NCBI GenBank assembly: GCA_963842525.1
Contig: CAWJGT010000014.1
Span: 128,001 to 192,000, forward strand
Direction: 5' to 3'
Source: an uncultured Holophagales bacterium
GTDB taxonomy: Bacteria > Acidobacteriota > Thermoanaerobaculia > Multivoradales > UBA5704
Length of the DNA stretch: 64,000 nucleotides
Part shown: positions 13,531 through 22,173 of the stretch, in pieces
Layout of the letters: every line of letters begins with the position of its first letter
How positions within the stretch are numbered: position 1 is the first letter of the stretch
Translations under genes and position numbers: made by a program
The notes under the pieces: generated by a model
Told to the model about the DNA's origin: nothing
What the model saw: only the letters and a program-made list of their open reading frames with translations
The model's database searches: none

Positions 13531-14757
13531 ATGCAGCCTCTTGCAATTCCCCAACATCCAGTAGAGACCACTCAACAGAACTTCGAAACCCTCGGGCTGA
13601 GCGCGCCGATCCTCGAGGCGGTGTACCGCGTCGGCTTCGTCCATCCGACGCCGATCCAGGCCCGCGTGATCCCCGTCGCCCTGTCCGGCCGTGACCTGAT
13701 CGGCCTGGCGGAGACCGGCTCGGGCAAGACCGCGGCCTTCTGCCTGCCTCTCGCCGAGCGACTGGCCGAAAACCGGGGCGGCGTCCGCGCCCTGATCCTT
13801 TCCCCCACCCGCGAGATCGCTCTCCAGACCCAGGCCTTCCTCGACGTCTTCGGCGAGGACCAGCAACTGCGCACCGTCTGCCTGATCGGCGGCGTCAAGA
13901 TGGGCCCGCAGATCCGCGGCCTCCAGTTGCGTCCCGACATCGTCGTGGCCACGCCCGGCCGCCTGCTCGACCATTACGAGCGCGGCACGCTGCGGCTCGA
14001 CCGCGTGCACTACCTGGTGCTCGACGAGGCGGACCACATGCTCGACATGGGGTTCCTGCCGCAGGTGATGCGCGTCCTGCGCGCGCTCCCCCGCGAGCGC
14101 CAGACCCTGATGTTCTCGGCCACCATGCCGGACCCGGTCGAGCGACTGGCCCAGCAGTACATGGTCAGCCCGCAGCGCATCGACATCCTGCCCGAAGGGG
14201 GCGCCGCCTCCGGGATCAGCCACCGCGTCTACATGGTGGGCCCGGACGACAAGAAGGCCTGCCTCCTCGCCCTCCTGCACCAGGAGCTCGGGAGCACCCT
14301 GGTCTTCATCCGCCGCAAGGTCGACGCCGAGTGGCTGACCGGAGTCCTGGAAAAGGAAGGCCATCCGGTCGAGCGCATTCACTCCAATCTTTCGCAGGGC
14401 GAGCGCACCCTGGCCCTCGACGGCTTCCGGGACGGCGAGCACCGCATCCTGGTGGCGACCGACATCGCGGCCCGCGGGATCGACGTGCCGCGAGTACGGC
14501 ACATCATCAACTTCGACATGCCCGAGACGGTCGAGGACTACATCCACCGCGCCGGCCGCACCGCCCGCGGCAGTGCGCACGGCATCGTCTCCACGATCGC
14601 CTCCTGGATGGACAAGCCAAGGGTGAAAGACATCGAGCAGACCCTGGGAGAGCCCCTCCCCCGCTGCACCGTCCCCGGCGTCGATCCCTACGTCGAGATG
14701 TCCCCCCGCCTGACCATGGGCGGCGGCAAGCGGAACATGCGGGTCAAAAGGCGGTAG
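13531..14757 (+). CDS. DEAD-box RNA helicase (RhlE-like)
   Basis: Q motif, AETGSGKT, PTRE, TPGRLLD, DEAD, SAT, ARGID, YIHRAGRTAR. Confidence 0.96.
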   Translation: MQPLAIPQHPVETTQQNFETLGLSAPILEAVYRVGFVHPTPIQARVIPVALSGRDLIGLAETGSGKTAAFCLPLAERLAENRGGVRALILSPTREIALQTQAFLDVFGEDQQLRTVCLIGGVKMGPQIRGLQLRPDIVVATPGRLLDHYERGTLRLDRVHYLVLDEADHMLDMGFLPQVMRVLRALPRERQTLMFSATMPDPVERLAQQYMVSPQRIDILPEGGAASGISHRVYMVGPDDKKACLLALLHQELGSTLVFIRRKVDAEWLTGVLEKEGHPVERIHSNLSQGERTLALDGFRDGEHRILVATDIAARGIDVPRVRHIINFDMPETVEDYIHRAGRTARGSAHGIVSTIASWMDKPRVKDIEQTLGEPLPRCTVPGVDPYVEMSPRLTMGGGKRNMRVKRR

Positions 14758-14905
14758 ATCCTGCCACCAAGGCCGTAGAGACGCCCTAGTCCACGACCAC
14801 TACCCTCACCGCTACCACTGCGGCCAGGGCGTCTCCAACCTCCCCGCAACCACAACGGCTCAATCCCGTCCCACCGGCGGGTGGTTTCGCCTTTTTTGAA
14901 TCCGC

Positions 14906-14933
14906 GTCCAACACGCCGCACCTGAACCGTGTC
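14906..14933 (+). promoter_or_regulatory. Putative ECF-sigma promoter GTCCAACA-N13-CCGTGTC (site A, CHAT-SAVED/sigma operon)
   Basis: Motif repeated 6 times with fixed spacing; here followed by RBS AGGAGG (14943) and ATG 14957. Confidence 0.7.
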
Positions 14934-14956
14934 ATTCAGGACAGGAGGTGCACAGG

Positions 14957-16906
14957 ATGGAATATCAGGACTTCACGATCGATGTACGCTCGGCCGAGGG
15001 GGGGCGATTCGAGGCCAGGGTGATCGACGCGCCGCTCGGCGGCAACCCCCGGGTGTTTTTCCCTCCTCCCCTCTCCCAGGAGGATCTGAAGACCCTGCAC
15101 GGGCTCTTCGACGGGTCGGGCAAGGAGGCGCCGGAGAAACCCTCGCCGAAAGCCCTGGCCCGCCAGATGGGGCAGCAGCTTCACACCGCTCTTTTTCGCG
15201 ACGGCGTGGCCGAGCTCTACCAGAAATGCCGGGCCACGCTCCTGAGCGACAAGAACACCGGGCTGCGGCTCCGGCTCAAATTCCAGCTCAAGGATACGGA
15301 GGCCGGCTACCTGGCTGCCCTCCCTTGGGAATGGCTGTGCGACCCCGCCTCCTGCGAGCTCCTGGCGACAGACCCGTGCACGCCCGTGGTGCGAGACATC
15401 GCCGTTCCCCGGCCCCAGGGGACTCTCGAAGTGGCAGGACCCCTGCGCGTCCTCGTCGTCGCCTCAGCCTCCAGCGACATGGGCCTCGACCTGGAGCAGG
15501 AGATCGAGCGGATGGCCGCGGCGCTCAAGCCTCTCGAAGAGTCCGGCAAGGTGAAGCTGGTCCGGCTCGCGACGGCTGACCCGAACGCTCTCCGCGAAGC
15601 CCTCAAGGACGACAAGATCCACGTCCTCCACTTCATGGGCCACGGCGGTTACGATCCCGAGTCCGGCAACGGCGCAGTCATCTTCGCGCAGGAGGGCGCG
15701 GGCAAGGACCAGGTCAGCGGAGAGCCGTTCGCCACCTATCTGAAGGAGCTTCCCAGCTTGCGCCTCGTGGTGCTCAACGCCTGCAAGACCGCGCGGTATG
15801 CCAGCCGGCGAGGCCCCTCGCTCAACCACGGCCTGGCCCCGGTCGTCCTGGAACGCACCCGGGTGCCCGCCGTGGTGGCGAACCAGTACACCATCTCCGA
15901 CACGGCCGCCATTGCCTTCAGCGAGACCTTCTACCGCCGCATCGCCAAGGGGGACCCGGTCGACGAGGCCCTCACCGAGGCACGGTTGCAGCTCTACCGG
16001 ACGAGTGCCGAATGGGCGACGCCGGTCCTCTTCCTCGCCGCACCGCACGGCAGGCTCTTCGCCCTGGGAGCGGCGCGCTCCGACAACGGACTCGTGCACC
16101 GTGAGAAAACCGAGATGATCCGCCTGGGAGTGCGGAGCTTCGATGGATTCGGCGGCGACATGAAGGCACGTAACGAGGCGGTCCTCGAGCTGGCCGGCTA
16201 TTTCGACGGCCGCTATATCAAGCGGAAGGAAGACTGGCAGGAGAAGATCTTCCCGGAGCTGCGAGCATTCCTCCTGAGATGGATCGATCCGCACCGGCCC
16301 CTGCTGCTCGATTTCGCCGCTCATTCCTCGATCGCTTTTGCTGCCGGCTGGGTCCTGGAGCCCAAGAGCGGCCTCGATGTGCGGGTATCACAACGCATCT
16401 CGGGAGAAGGGGTGCTCGATTGGCATCCCAAGGACGGCACGGAGCCGGACGGCTCTCTCTGGCTCGACCGGCCTGACATCGAGCTCGACCCCGAGGCTCC
16501 GGATGTGGCCCTGGCCCTCTCGGCGAGCCAGCCGGACGTGGCCGGCCACGTGCAGGACTTCGTCCAGCGCAAGAGCCTCTCGATCGGGCGGATCGTGGAC
16601 GCAACGGTTGCTCCCGAGCCCGGTCCCCACTCGGTACGCGGCGGAGCGCACGCCTTGGGCCTCGCCCAAGCGCTCCTCCCCCGCCTGCGGCCCAGGAAGC
16701 CTCACGAACGCAAGGGCCGCACCCACCTCTTCTGCGCCGCTCCCAATGCTCTCGTCTTCTACCTGGGACAGCTCGCGTCCTCGCTGGGGAGAGTCGTCCT
16801 CTACGAATTTGCCTTCCGTGCGGAGGATTCGTTCGGGCGGTATCAACAATCCATCGAGCTGCCACCACCCGGCGAAGCCTCTCAGATTCCAGGCGACGAC
16901 TGGTAA
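14957..16906 (+). CDS. CHAT (caspase-like) protease fused to C-terminal SAVED domain
   Basis: CHAT: LAALPWE, VLHFMGHG (His), VVLNAC (Cys), F..TFYRRI, EWATPVLF; SAVED: AHSSIAFAAGW, HLFCAAPNALVFYLGQ..VVLYEF. Confidence 0.88.
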   Translation: MEYQDFTIDVRSAEGGRFEARVIDAPLGGNPRVFFPPPLSQEDLKTLHGLFDGSGKEAPEKPSPKALARQMGQQLHTALFRDGVAELYQKCRATLLSDKNTGLRLRLKFQLKDTEAGYLAALPWEWLCDPASCELLATDPCTPVVRDIAVPRPQGTLEVAGPLRVLVVASASSDMGLDLEQEIERMAAALKPLEESGKVKLVRLATADPNALREALKDDKIHVLHFMGHGGYDPESGNGAVIFAQEGAGKDQVSGEPFATYLKELPSLRLVVLNACKTARYASRRGPSLNHGLAPVVLERTRVPAVVANQYTISDTAAIAFSETFYRRIAKGDPVDEALTEARLQLYRTSAEWATPVLFLAAPHGRLFALGAARSDNGLVHREKTEMIRLGVRSFDGFGGDMKARNEAVLELAGYFDGRYIKRKEDWQEKIFPELRAFLLRWIDPHRPLLLDFAAHSSIAFAAGWVLEPKSGLDVRVSQRISGEGVLDWHPKDGTEPDGSLWLDRPDIELDPEAPDVALALSASQPDVAGHVQDFVQRKSLSIGRIVDATVAPEPGPHSVRGGAHALGLAQALLPRLRPRKPHERKGRTHLFCAAPNALVFYLGQLASSLGRVVLYEFAFRAEDSFGRYQQSIELPPPGEASQIPGDDW

Positions 16907-17031
16907 TGCGCCGAGGCCCGATCAACGTTCCCCCTCTCCCGGCGGGGGATGGGCGGAAGATGGGAGAGGGGGCCAGGGGGTGAGGTCTCTCTCTGGCGGA
17001 AGGGAGGCTTCTGTGGAAAGCTACCTCCGGC

Positions 17032-17643
17032 ATGCCGCCGAACACAGCCTGTACCGAGGACGAGAAGATCCGAGCAGCCATCCGGGCCCTCCAGGCCGGG
17101 GCCGGCCCCGACGCCTTCGCGGCCGTCTTCCGGCGCTTCTACCGGCCGCTCTACAACTTCTTTTCCAATCGCCCCGTCCTGCGCCAGGAGGCCGACGACC
17201 TCACCCAGGTCACGTTGATCCGCGCCCTGCAGAACATCCTGCAATACCGTTGCGAAGCGAATTTCGAGGCATGGCTCCTGCGCATCGCGGAAAACGTCTG
17301 GAACAACACCGTCCGCGATCAGCTCGCGGTCAAGAGAGGTGCGCGCCTGACCACCCAGGAGCCGGAAGCCGACGACGGTCCGCAGCTCCCGGCCGGCAAA
17401 GCCCCCGGCCCCGAAGAGCTGGTCCTGGCGGAAGAGCGGACACGGGTGCTGCGGCAAGCGATCGACACCCTGCCGCCGGGGATGCGCACATGTACCGAGC
17501 TGCGCCTCTACGGAGACCTCGAATACCAGGAGATCGCCGAGGTCACGGGGATCGGCCTCAACAGTGTACGCTCTCAGCTCTTCGAGGCGCGAAAACGCCT
17601 CAGGCCCGTCCTGGAGGAGTATTTCCAGGACGCCACATTCTGA
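17032..17643 (+). CDS. ECF-type RNA polymerase sigma factor
   Basis: Region 2 EADDLTQVTL..FEAWLLRIAEN; region 4 LPPGMR..YQEIAEVTGIGLNSVRSQLFEARKRL. Confidence 0.93.
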   Translation: MPPNTACTEDEKIRAAIRALQAGAGPDAFAAVFRRFYRPLYNFFSNRPVLRQEADDLTQVTLIRALQNILQYRCEANFEAWLLRIAENVWNNTVRDQLAVKRGARLTTQEPEADDGPQLPAGKAPGPEELVLAEERTRVLRQAIDTLPPGMRTCTELRLYGDLEYQEIAEVTGIGLNSVRSQLFEARKRLRPVLEEYFQDATF

Positions 17644-17652
17644 GGGACCCGC

Positions 17653-18486
17653 GTGGGCGGACAGGAAGACTTCGCCAAGGCGCTCAAGGCCATCATGGCT
17701 GCGAAGCGTGAGGAGCTGGGAGAGCCCCCGACCCCGGAGGAGCTGCTCGCCTATCGGGACGGCCGGCTGGACCCGGGCGGCAGGGAACGGATGGAGGCCC
17801 GGATCGCCGTCCACCCCGACGCCGCCCGCGCCCTGGCCGACCTCGCCGCCTTCCCCGCCGTGGAGCCGGCGCCCGGCACGCCGGAGCTGACCGACGAGGA
17901 CCTCGACGTGCGTTGGCAGGCGTTCCGCCAGCGCGTGGCGGCGCTCCCGCCGGCCCCTCACCCCCCTGCCCCCCTCTCCCATCGCACTCCCACCGACCGG
18001 GAGAGGGGGGGAAAAACCGAAGGCCGGCGCCGGCGGCTCTTCGCTCCGCGGCTGGCGGCAGCAGCCGTGCTGGCCCTGGCGGCCGGCTGGGCCGGCGGCT
18101 TCCTGACCGGGCGGGCCTCGCACGACCGCCCCGGCTCGGCCGTCAACATCGACATCGTCGAGCTCACCCCGGAAAAAGAAGGCGGCGACCGCTCGCCGGC
18201 CGCCGCGGTGGAGATGCCGGCCGAAGAGCTGGTGCTGATCCTGGGTGCGCCAGAGGAAGGCGGCTTCGCTAACTACGAAGCCCGGATCGTGGACGCGCAA
18301 GGCTCCCCCGTCTGGTCCCGAACGGGCCTCCACCCCACGCCTCTGGGGACTTTTCACCTCTCCTTCCAGCGGGGCGCTCTGCAGCCGGGGACCTATGGCA
18401 TCCTCCTCTTCGGCCAGGAGGGGAAGCGCAGGAAGCCGGTCGCCACCTATGAGCTGCGTCTCCAGGAGGGACCGGCAAGCCGGTGA
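17653..18486 (+). CDS. Membrane-bound anti-sigma factor (degenerate zf-HC2-like N-terminus, one TM helix, extracytoplasmic beta domain)
   Basis: PTPEELLAYRDGRL..ERMEARI; TM LAAAAVLALAAGWAGGFL; directly follows the sigma gene. Confidence 0.75.
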   Translation: MGGQEDFAKALKAIMAAKREELGEPPTPEELLAYRDGRLDPGGRERMEARIAVHPDAARALADLAAFPAVEPAPGTPELTDEDLDVRWQAFRQRVAALPPAPHPPAPLSHRTPTDRERGGKTEGRRRRLFAPRLAAAAVLALAAGWAGGFLTGRASHDRPGSAVNIDIVELTPEKEGGDRSPAAAVEMPAEELVLILGAPEEGGFANYEARIVDAQGSPVWSRTGLHPTPLGTFHLSFQRGALQPGTYGILLFGQEGKRRKPVATYELRLQEGPASR

Positions 18487-18688
18487 CCTCACCCCCTGGC
18501 CCCCTCTCCCATCTCCCTTCCACCCCCCGCCGGGAGAGGGGGGACGTAGCGGAGGCGTTCGTGGCGAGCCCGATGTCAGCACGTTTCGAGGCGCAGGACC
18601 CCGACCGTGCCTCAGGTGCCTCAACCGCGTCCCCCCTCTCCCGGGGAAAGGGCGGGAGGGAGACGGGAGAGGGGGACAGGGGGTGAGG
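18487..18688. repeat. REP-like palindromic element, family A
   Basis: CCTCACCCCCTGGCCCCCTCTCCC...GGGAGAGGGGGACAGGGGGTGAGG between anti-sigma and TPR-CHAT genes. Confidence 0.8.
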
Positions 18689-21646
18689 ACCTCCGCTGCC
18701 GCCCTCCTCCTCCTCCTCTCCTGCGGCCACCCGCCCGCTGAAACGGTCAACCTCACCCCCGGCGCCGTCCACCCCCGGACCCTCACCGGCCGCGGCCCTT
18801 ATCTCTTCCAATTTCAGCTTCCCGCCGATCGTTTCCTCCGCCTGGACATCGAGCAGCGCGGCGTGGACGTGGTCGTCCTATTGCGCGATCCCGCCGGCCG
18901 TCTCCTCTACGAGGTGGACAGCCCCAACGGCACCGAGCGCGCCGAGCCGGTCCTCGCGGTCACCCCGGTCTCCGGCGAGCACTTGTTGATCGTCGAGCCG
19001 CTCCACCCCGAGGCACGAGGCGATTTCGCCCTGGTCGTCCGCGAGGTCCGGCCGGCCACCCAGGGGGACCGGGTGCGGGCCGCCGCCGCCACCGCGTTCG
19101 CCCGCGCCGAGCGGCGCCGGCTGGAGGGCGACCTGGACCGCGCGGGAATCGACTACCGCAAGGCGCTGCCTCTCCTTGAGGCTTGCGGCGAGCGACGGCA
19201 GGCGGCCGAGGCGCAATGGCACCTCGGCGAAGCCCTCCTCGAAGCCGCCGAGCTGCGGCAGGCGGCGGCGGTCCTGGAACAGGCCGCGGCGCGGTTCCGC
19301 GCCCTGGGCGACCGTCCCGGCGAGGCCCACGCTCTCAACGACCTCGGCGCCGCCTGGAGGCTCCTCGGCGACCCCGAGCCGGCGCTGGCCGCGTACCAAC
19401 GCGCGCTGCACCTTTTTCGCGCCGCGGGGCTCCGCCGGGACGAGGCCTCGACGCTCAACAACATCGGCCTGCTCTTCAAGGGCACCGGCGACCTCCAGGG
19501 CGCACTCAATCACTTCGAGGCGGCTCTCGCCCTCTGGCGTCCTCTCCAGGCGAAGTCGTCCGAAGCGGCGACCCTGGAAAACCTGGGAAGCCTCCACACC
19601 CTGATCGGACAGGACGACGAGGCCCTGGGCTTCCTCCAGGAGGCCCTCCGCCTCCGCGCAGGCGAAAAAGACCTGCGCAAGCGGGCCTCGGTCCTGATCG
19701 AGCTCGGCTGGTCACAATATTGGGCCGGCCATCCGGAGCTGGCCCTGGACCACTACCGCGATGCCATCGCGCTGGCCGAGCGCGCGGGGGACCGCCTGCG
19801 CCAGGCGGGCGCCTGGGACCGCCGCGGATCGGCGCTGCGAGCGCTCCACCGCTACGACGAAGCCGCCGCGTCCTATGCGCGAGCCCTGGCTATGAGCCGC
19901 GCCGCGGGAAGCCGGCTCCACGAGGGGCATATCCTGGCCAACCTCGGAGAGCTCGACCTCGAGACGGGCGCCGTCGAGCGCGGCCGGCAGCGCCTGCAGA
20001 GGGCCGCCGACTTCCTGACCGCGAGCGGCGATCCCAACGCCGTGATTTCCGCCCGCGTCAGCCTCGGCCGAGCCGAACGGCGCCTGGGCCGTTTCGGCCC
20101 GGCGCGCAAGCAGGCCGAAACCGCCATCCGCCTCGTCGAGAGCCTGCGCACCGGCCTCCGCGGCCCCATGAGCCGCGGCAATTTCCTGGCGACCCGCATC
20201 GGCGCCTACGAAGAGCTGGCAACCCTCCTGATGCAGCTCGACCGCACCCGCGAAGCACTGGAGGTCGCGGAGCGCGCCCGCGCCCGCAATCTCCTGGAGG
20301 ACATCCGGGAGGAAAACAGAGAGTGTGTCGAAAGCGCGTCGCGAGCCCGGGAAACCCTCACCCCCGACCCCTCTCCCAACCGCACTCCCGACCTCCGGGA
20401 GAGGGGAGCCCCCACCCAAAAGCCTTTTCCGCAGTTTCGCTTCCCCCCTCTCCCGGTGGCCAGGGAGTGCGGATGGGAGAGGGGGGCCAGGGGGGTGAGG
20501 GCCCTGACCGCCAACGAGATCCAGGCCCTGGCCGACGACGGCACCCTCCTCGTCGTCTATCTCCTGGCCGAGCCCGCGAGCTTCGCCTGGACCGTCCACC
20601 GCAAGACCGTGGCCTCCCATACCCTCGCCGGGAGAGAGCGCATCGAAAAGCTCGCCCGCCGGGTGATCCACGCCATGCCCCACAGCCACGAAGTCGCTGG
20701 CCAGGGCACCGCCACGCGAGCAGCGCAGGAGCTTGCGGACGCCATCCTCGCGCCCCTCGGCGAGCGCCTGGCCGGCCGGCAACGCCTCGTGATCCTCGCC
20801 GACGGAGCCCTGCACCTCGTCCCCTTCGCCGCCCTGCCTGGGAGCACCGGCGAGCCGCTCCTGGCCGATCACGAGATCGTAATGGTCCCCTCCGCCACGG
20901 TGCTCCAGGCACAGCGCCGCCGCTTCGCCGGACGGCCCCCCGCACCGGAGCTGGCCGCCATCCTGGCCGATCCAATCTTCTCGCCGACGGACGAACGCCT
21001 CCAGTTCCCCCTCTCCCGGGGGAAGGGGGGGCGATGGGAGAGGGGGCCAGGGGGTGAGGGGCCAGCCCTCGAACGCCTGCCCTACACCGCGACCGAGGCC
21101 GAAGACATCGTCCGCCTCATCCCTCGCGGACAGGCACTCCTGGCCCTCGGACCCGCCGCAAGCCGGGACCTCGTCCTGGCCGGCGGCCTGCGGCGCTATC
21201 GCATCCTCCATTTCGCGACCCACGGCCTGCTGCACCCGGTCCTGCCCGAACGCTCGGGCATCGTCCTCTCGCTGTTCGATGAGAAAGGAAAACGCCTTGA
21301 CGGATTCCTCTCTGCGCCGGACGTCGCGGCGTTGGACCTCCCCGCCGAGACGGTGGTCCTGAGCGCCTGCCAGACCGGCCTCGGCCGCGAGATGCGGGGC
21401 GAAGGCCTGGTCGGCCTCACTCATGCCTTTTTCCGCGCCGGAGCCCGCCGCGTCGTCGTGAGCACCTGGAAGGTCCGCGACCGCGCCACGGCCGAGCTCA
21501 TGGCCCGCTTCTACCGCCACCTCCTCGGCGACGGCCTGCCGCCCGCCGCCGCGCTGCGGGCTGCCCAGCTTTCCATCCGCAACGAACCGCAGTGGCACGC
21601 CCCCTACTTCTGGGCCGGCTTCTCCCTCCAGGGCGATTGGCAATAA
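18683..21646 (+). CDS. TPR-CHAT protease, probable lipoprotein
   Basis: GTG start, MRTSAAALLLLLSC lipobox-like; beta domain (EQRGVDV..DSPNG), multiple TPRs; CHAT motifs DGALHLVPF, ILHFATHG, VVLSACQTG, WKVRD, PYFWAGF. Confidence 0.88.
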   Translation: MRTSAAALLLLLSCGHPPAETVNLTPGAVHPRTLTGRGPYLFQFQLPADRFLRLDIEQRGVDVVVLLRDPAGRLLYEVDSPNGTERAEPVLAVTPVSGEHLLIVEPLHPEARGDFALVVREVRPATQGDRVRAAAATAFARAERRRLEGDLDRAGIDYRKALPLLEACGERRQAAEAQWHLGEALLEAAELRQAAAVLEQAAARFRALGDRPGEAHALNDLGAAWRLLGDPEPALAAYQRALHLFRAAGLRRDEASTLNNIGLLFKGTGDLQGALNHFEAALALWRPLQAKSSEAATLENLGSLHTLIGQDDEALGFLQEALRLRAGEKDLRKRASVLIELGWSQYWAGHPELALDHYRDAIALAERAGDRLRQAGAWDRRGSALRALHRYDEAAASYARALAMSRAAGSRLHEGHILANLGELDLETGAVERGRQRLQRAADFLTASGDPNAVISARVSLGRAERRLGRFGPARKQAETAIRLVESLRTGLRGPMSRGNFLATRIGAYEELATLLMQLDRTREALEVAERARARNLLEDIREENRECVESASRARETLTPDPSPNRTPDLRERGAPTQKPFPQFRFPPLPVARECGWERGARGVRALTANEIQALADDGTLLVVYLLAEPASFAWTVHRKTVASHTLAGRERIEKLARRVIHAMPHSHEVAGQGTATRAAQELADAILAPLGERLAGRQRLVILADGALHLVPFAALPGSTGEPLLADHEIVMVPSATVLQAQRRRFAGRPPAPELAAILADPIFSPTDERLQFPLSRGKGGRWERGPGGEGPALERLPYTATEAEDIVRLIPRGQALLALGPAASRDLVLAGGLRRYRILHFATHGLLHPVLPERSGIVLSLFDEKGKRLDGFLSAPDVAALDLPAETVVLSACQTGLGREMRGEGLVGLTHAFFRAGARRVVVSTWKVRDRATAELMARFYRHLLGDGLPPAAALRAAQLSIRNEPQWHAPYFWAGFSLQGDWQ

Positions 21647-21651
21647 AGACC

Positions 21652-21679
21652 GTCCAACAAATCTCCGGCAACCCGTGTC
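21652..21679 (+). promoter_or_regulatory. Putative ECF promoter, site B
   Basis: GTCCAACA-aatctccggcaac-CCGTGTC upstream of the 72-aa ORF. Confidence 0.7.
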
Positions 21680-21742
21680 GGAGCAGGTAGAAGCAGAAAC
21701 CACCGGCCCCTGCCGGGCCGGAGGGATCGAAAGGAGCCCCCC

Positions 21743-21961
21743 ATGCCGACCCATCCCATCCTCTCGACAGGCCCCTTCCTCGCCGACCCTGAGCCCATTG
21801 ATGAACAGACCGGTGGGGGACCCAAAGTGGGCCGCGACGAGCCGATCCAACCGGAAGAGGACGTGGTGCGTATCGGTGAGGAAAACCCCGGCGGGCCACA
21901 GACAGGTGGAACCGTCAAGACCGGTCGCACAAAGCCGATCCAACCTGAAACGGAGGACTGA
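21743..21961 (+). CDS. 72-aa acidic peptide with duplicated QTGGxxKxGRxxPIQPE motif
   Basis: RBS GAAAGGAG; own promoter motif; internal repeat conserved at the protein level. Confidence 0.7.
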   Translation: MPTHPILSTGPFLADPEPIDEQTGGGPKVGRDEPIQPEEDVVRIGEENPGGPQTGGTVKTGRTKPIQPETED

Positions 21962-21968
21962 AAGCAGC

Positions 21969-22055
21969 CCCCCTGGGAGCGCGGGCGTCTCGCCCGCCCG
22001 GAGCCGAGCCGTCATATCGAGCCGCCAGCGGGCGGGACGCCCGCGCTCCCAGGGG
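21969..22055. repeat. REP-like inverted repeat, family B (GGGAGCGCGGGCGTC.CGCCCGC)
   Basis: Inverted pair; second pair at 33639-33751. Confidence 0.75.
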
Positions 22056-22081
22056 CCGCTGCCAACCACTTTGACCGGGCC

Positions 22082-22109
22082 GTCCAACAAATTCCGGACA
22101 GTCCGTGTC
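22082..22109 (+). promoter_or_regulatory. Putative ECF promoter, site C (cas operon)
   Basis: GTCCAACA-aattccggacagt-CCGTGTC ending 64 bp upstream of the cas6 ATG. Confidence 0.7.
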
Positions 22110-22173
22110 GTAGGGAATAGATGGCTCGGCTCCCGCGGAGGCGGGACGGCCGGAAAGGACTGAGATCGAGACC

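Noticed and set aside
13531-14757. DEAD-box helicase as part of the CRISPR/sigma system
   Set aside because: Typical RhlE-like protein with its own sigma70 promoter and no ECF motif; site A begins a new unit after it
18245-18682. N-terminal extension of the 1133-aa ORF
   Set aside because: Overlaps the anti-sigma gene and translates a REP palindrome; GTG 18683 with a lipobox is more plausible
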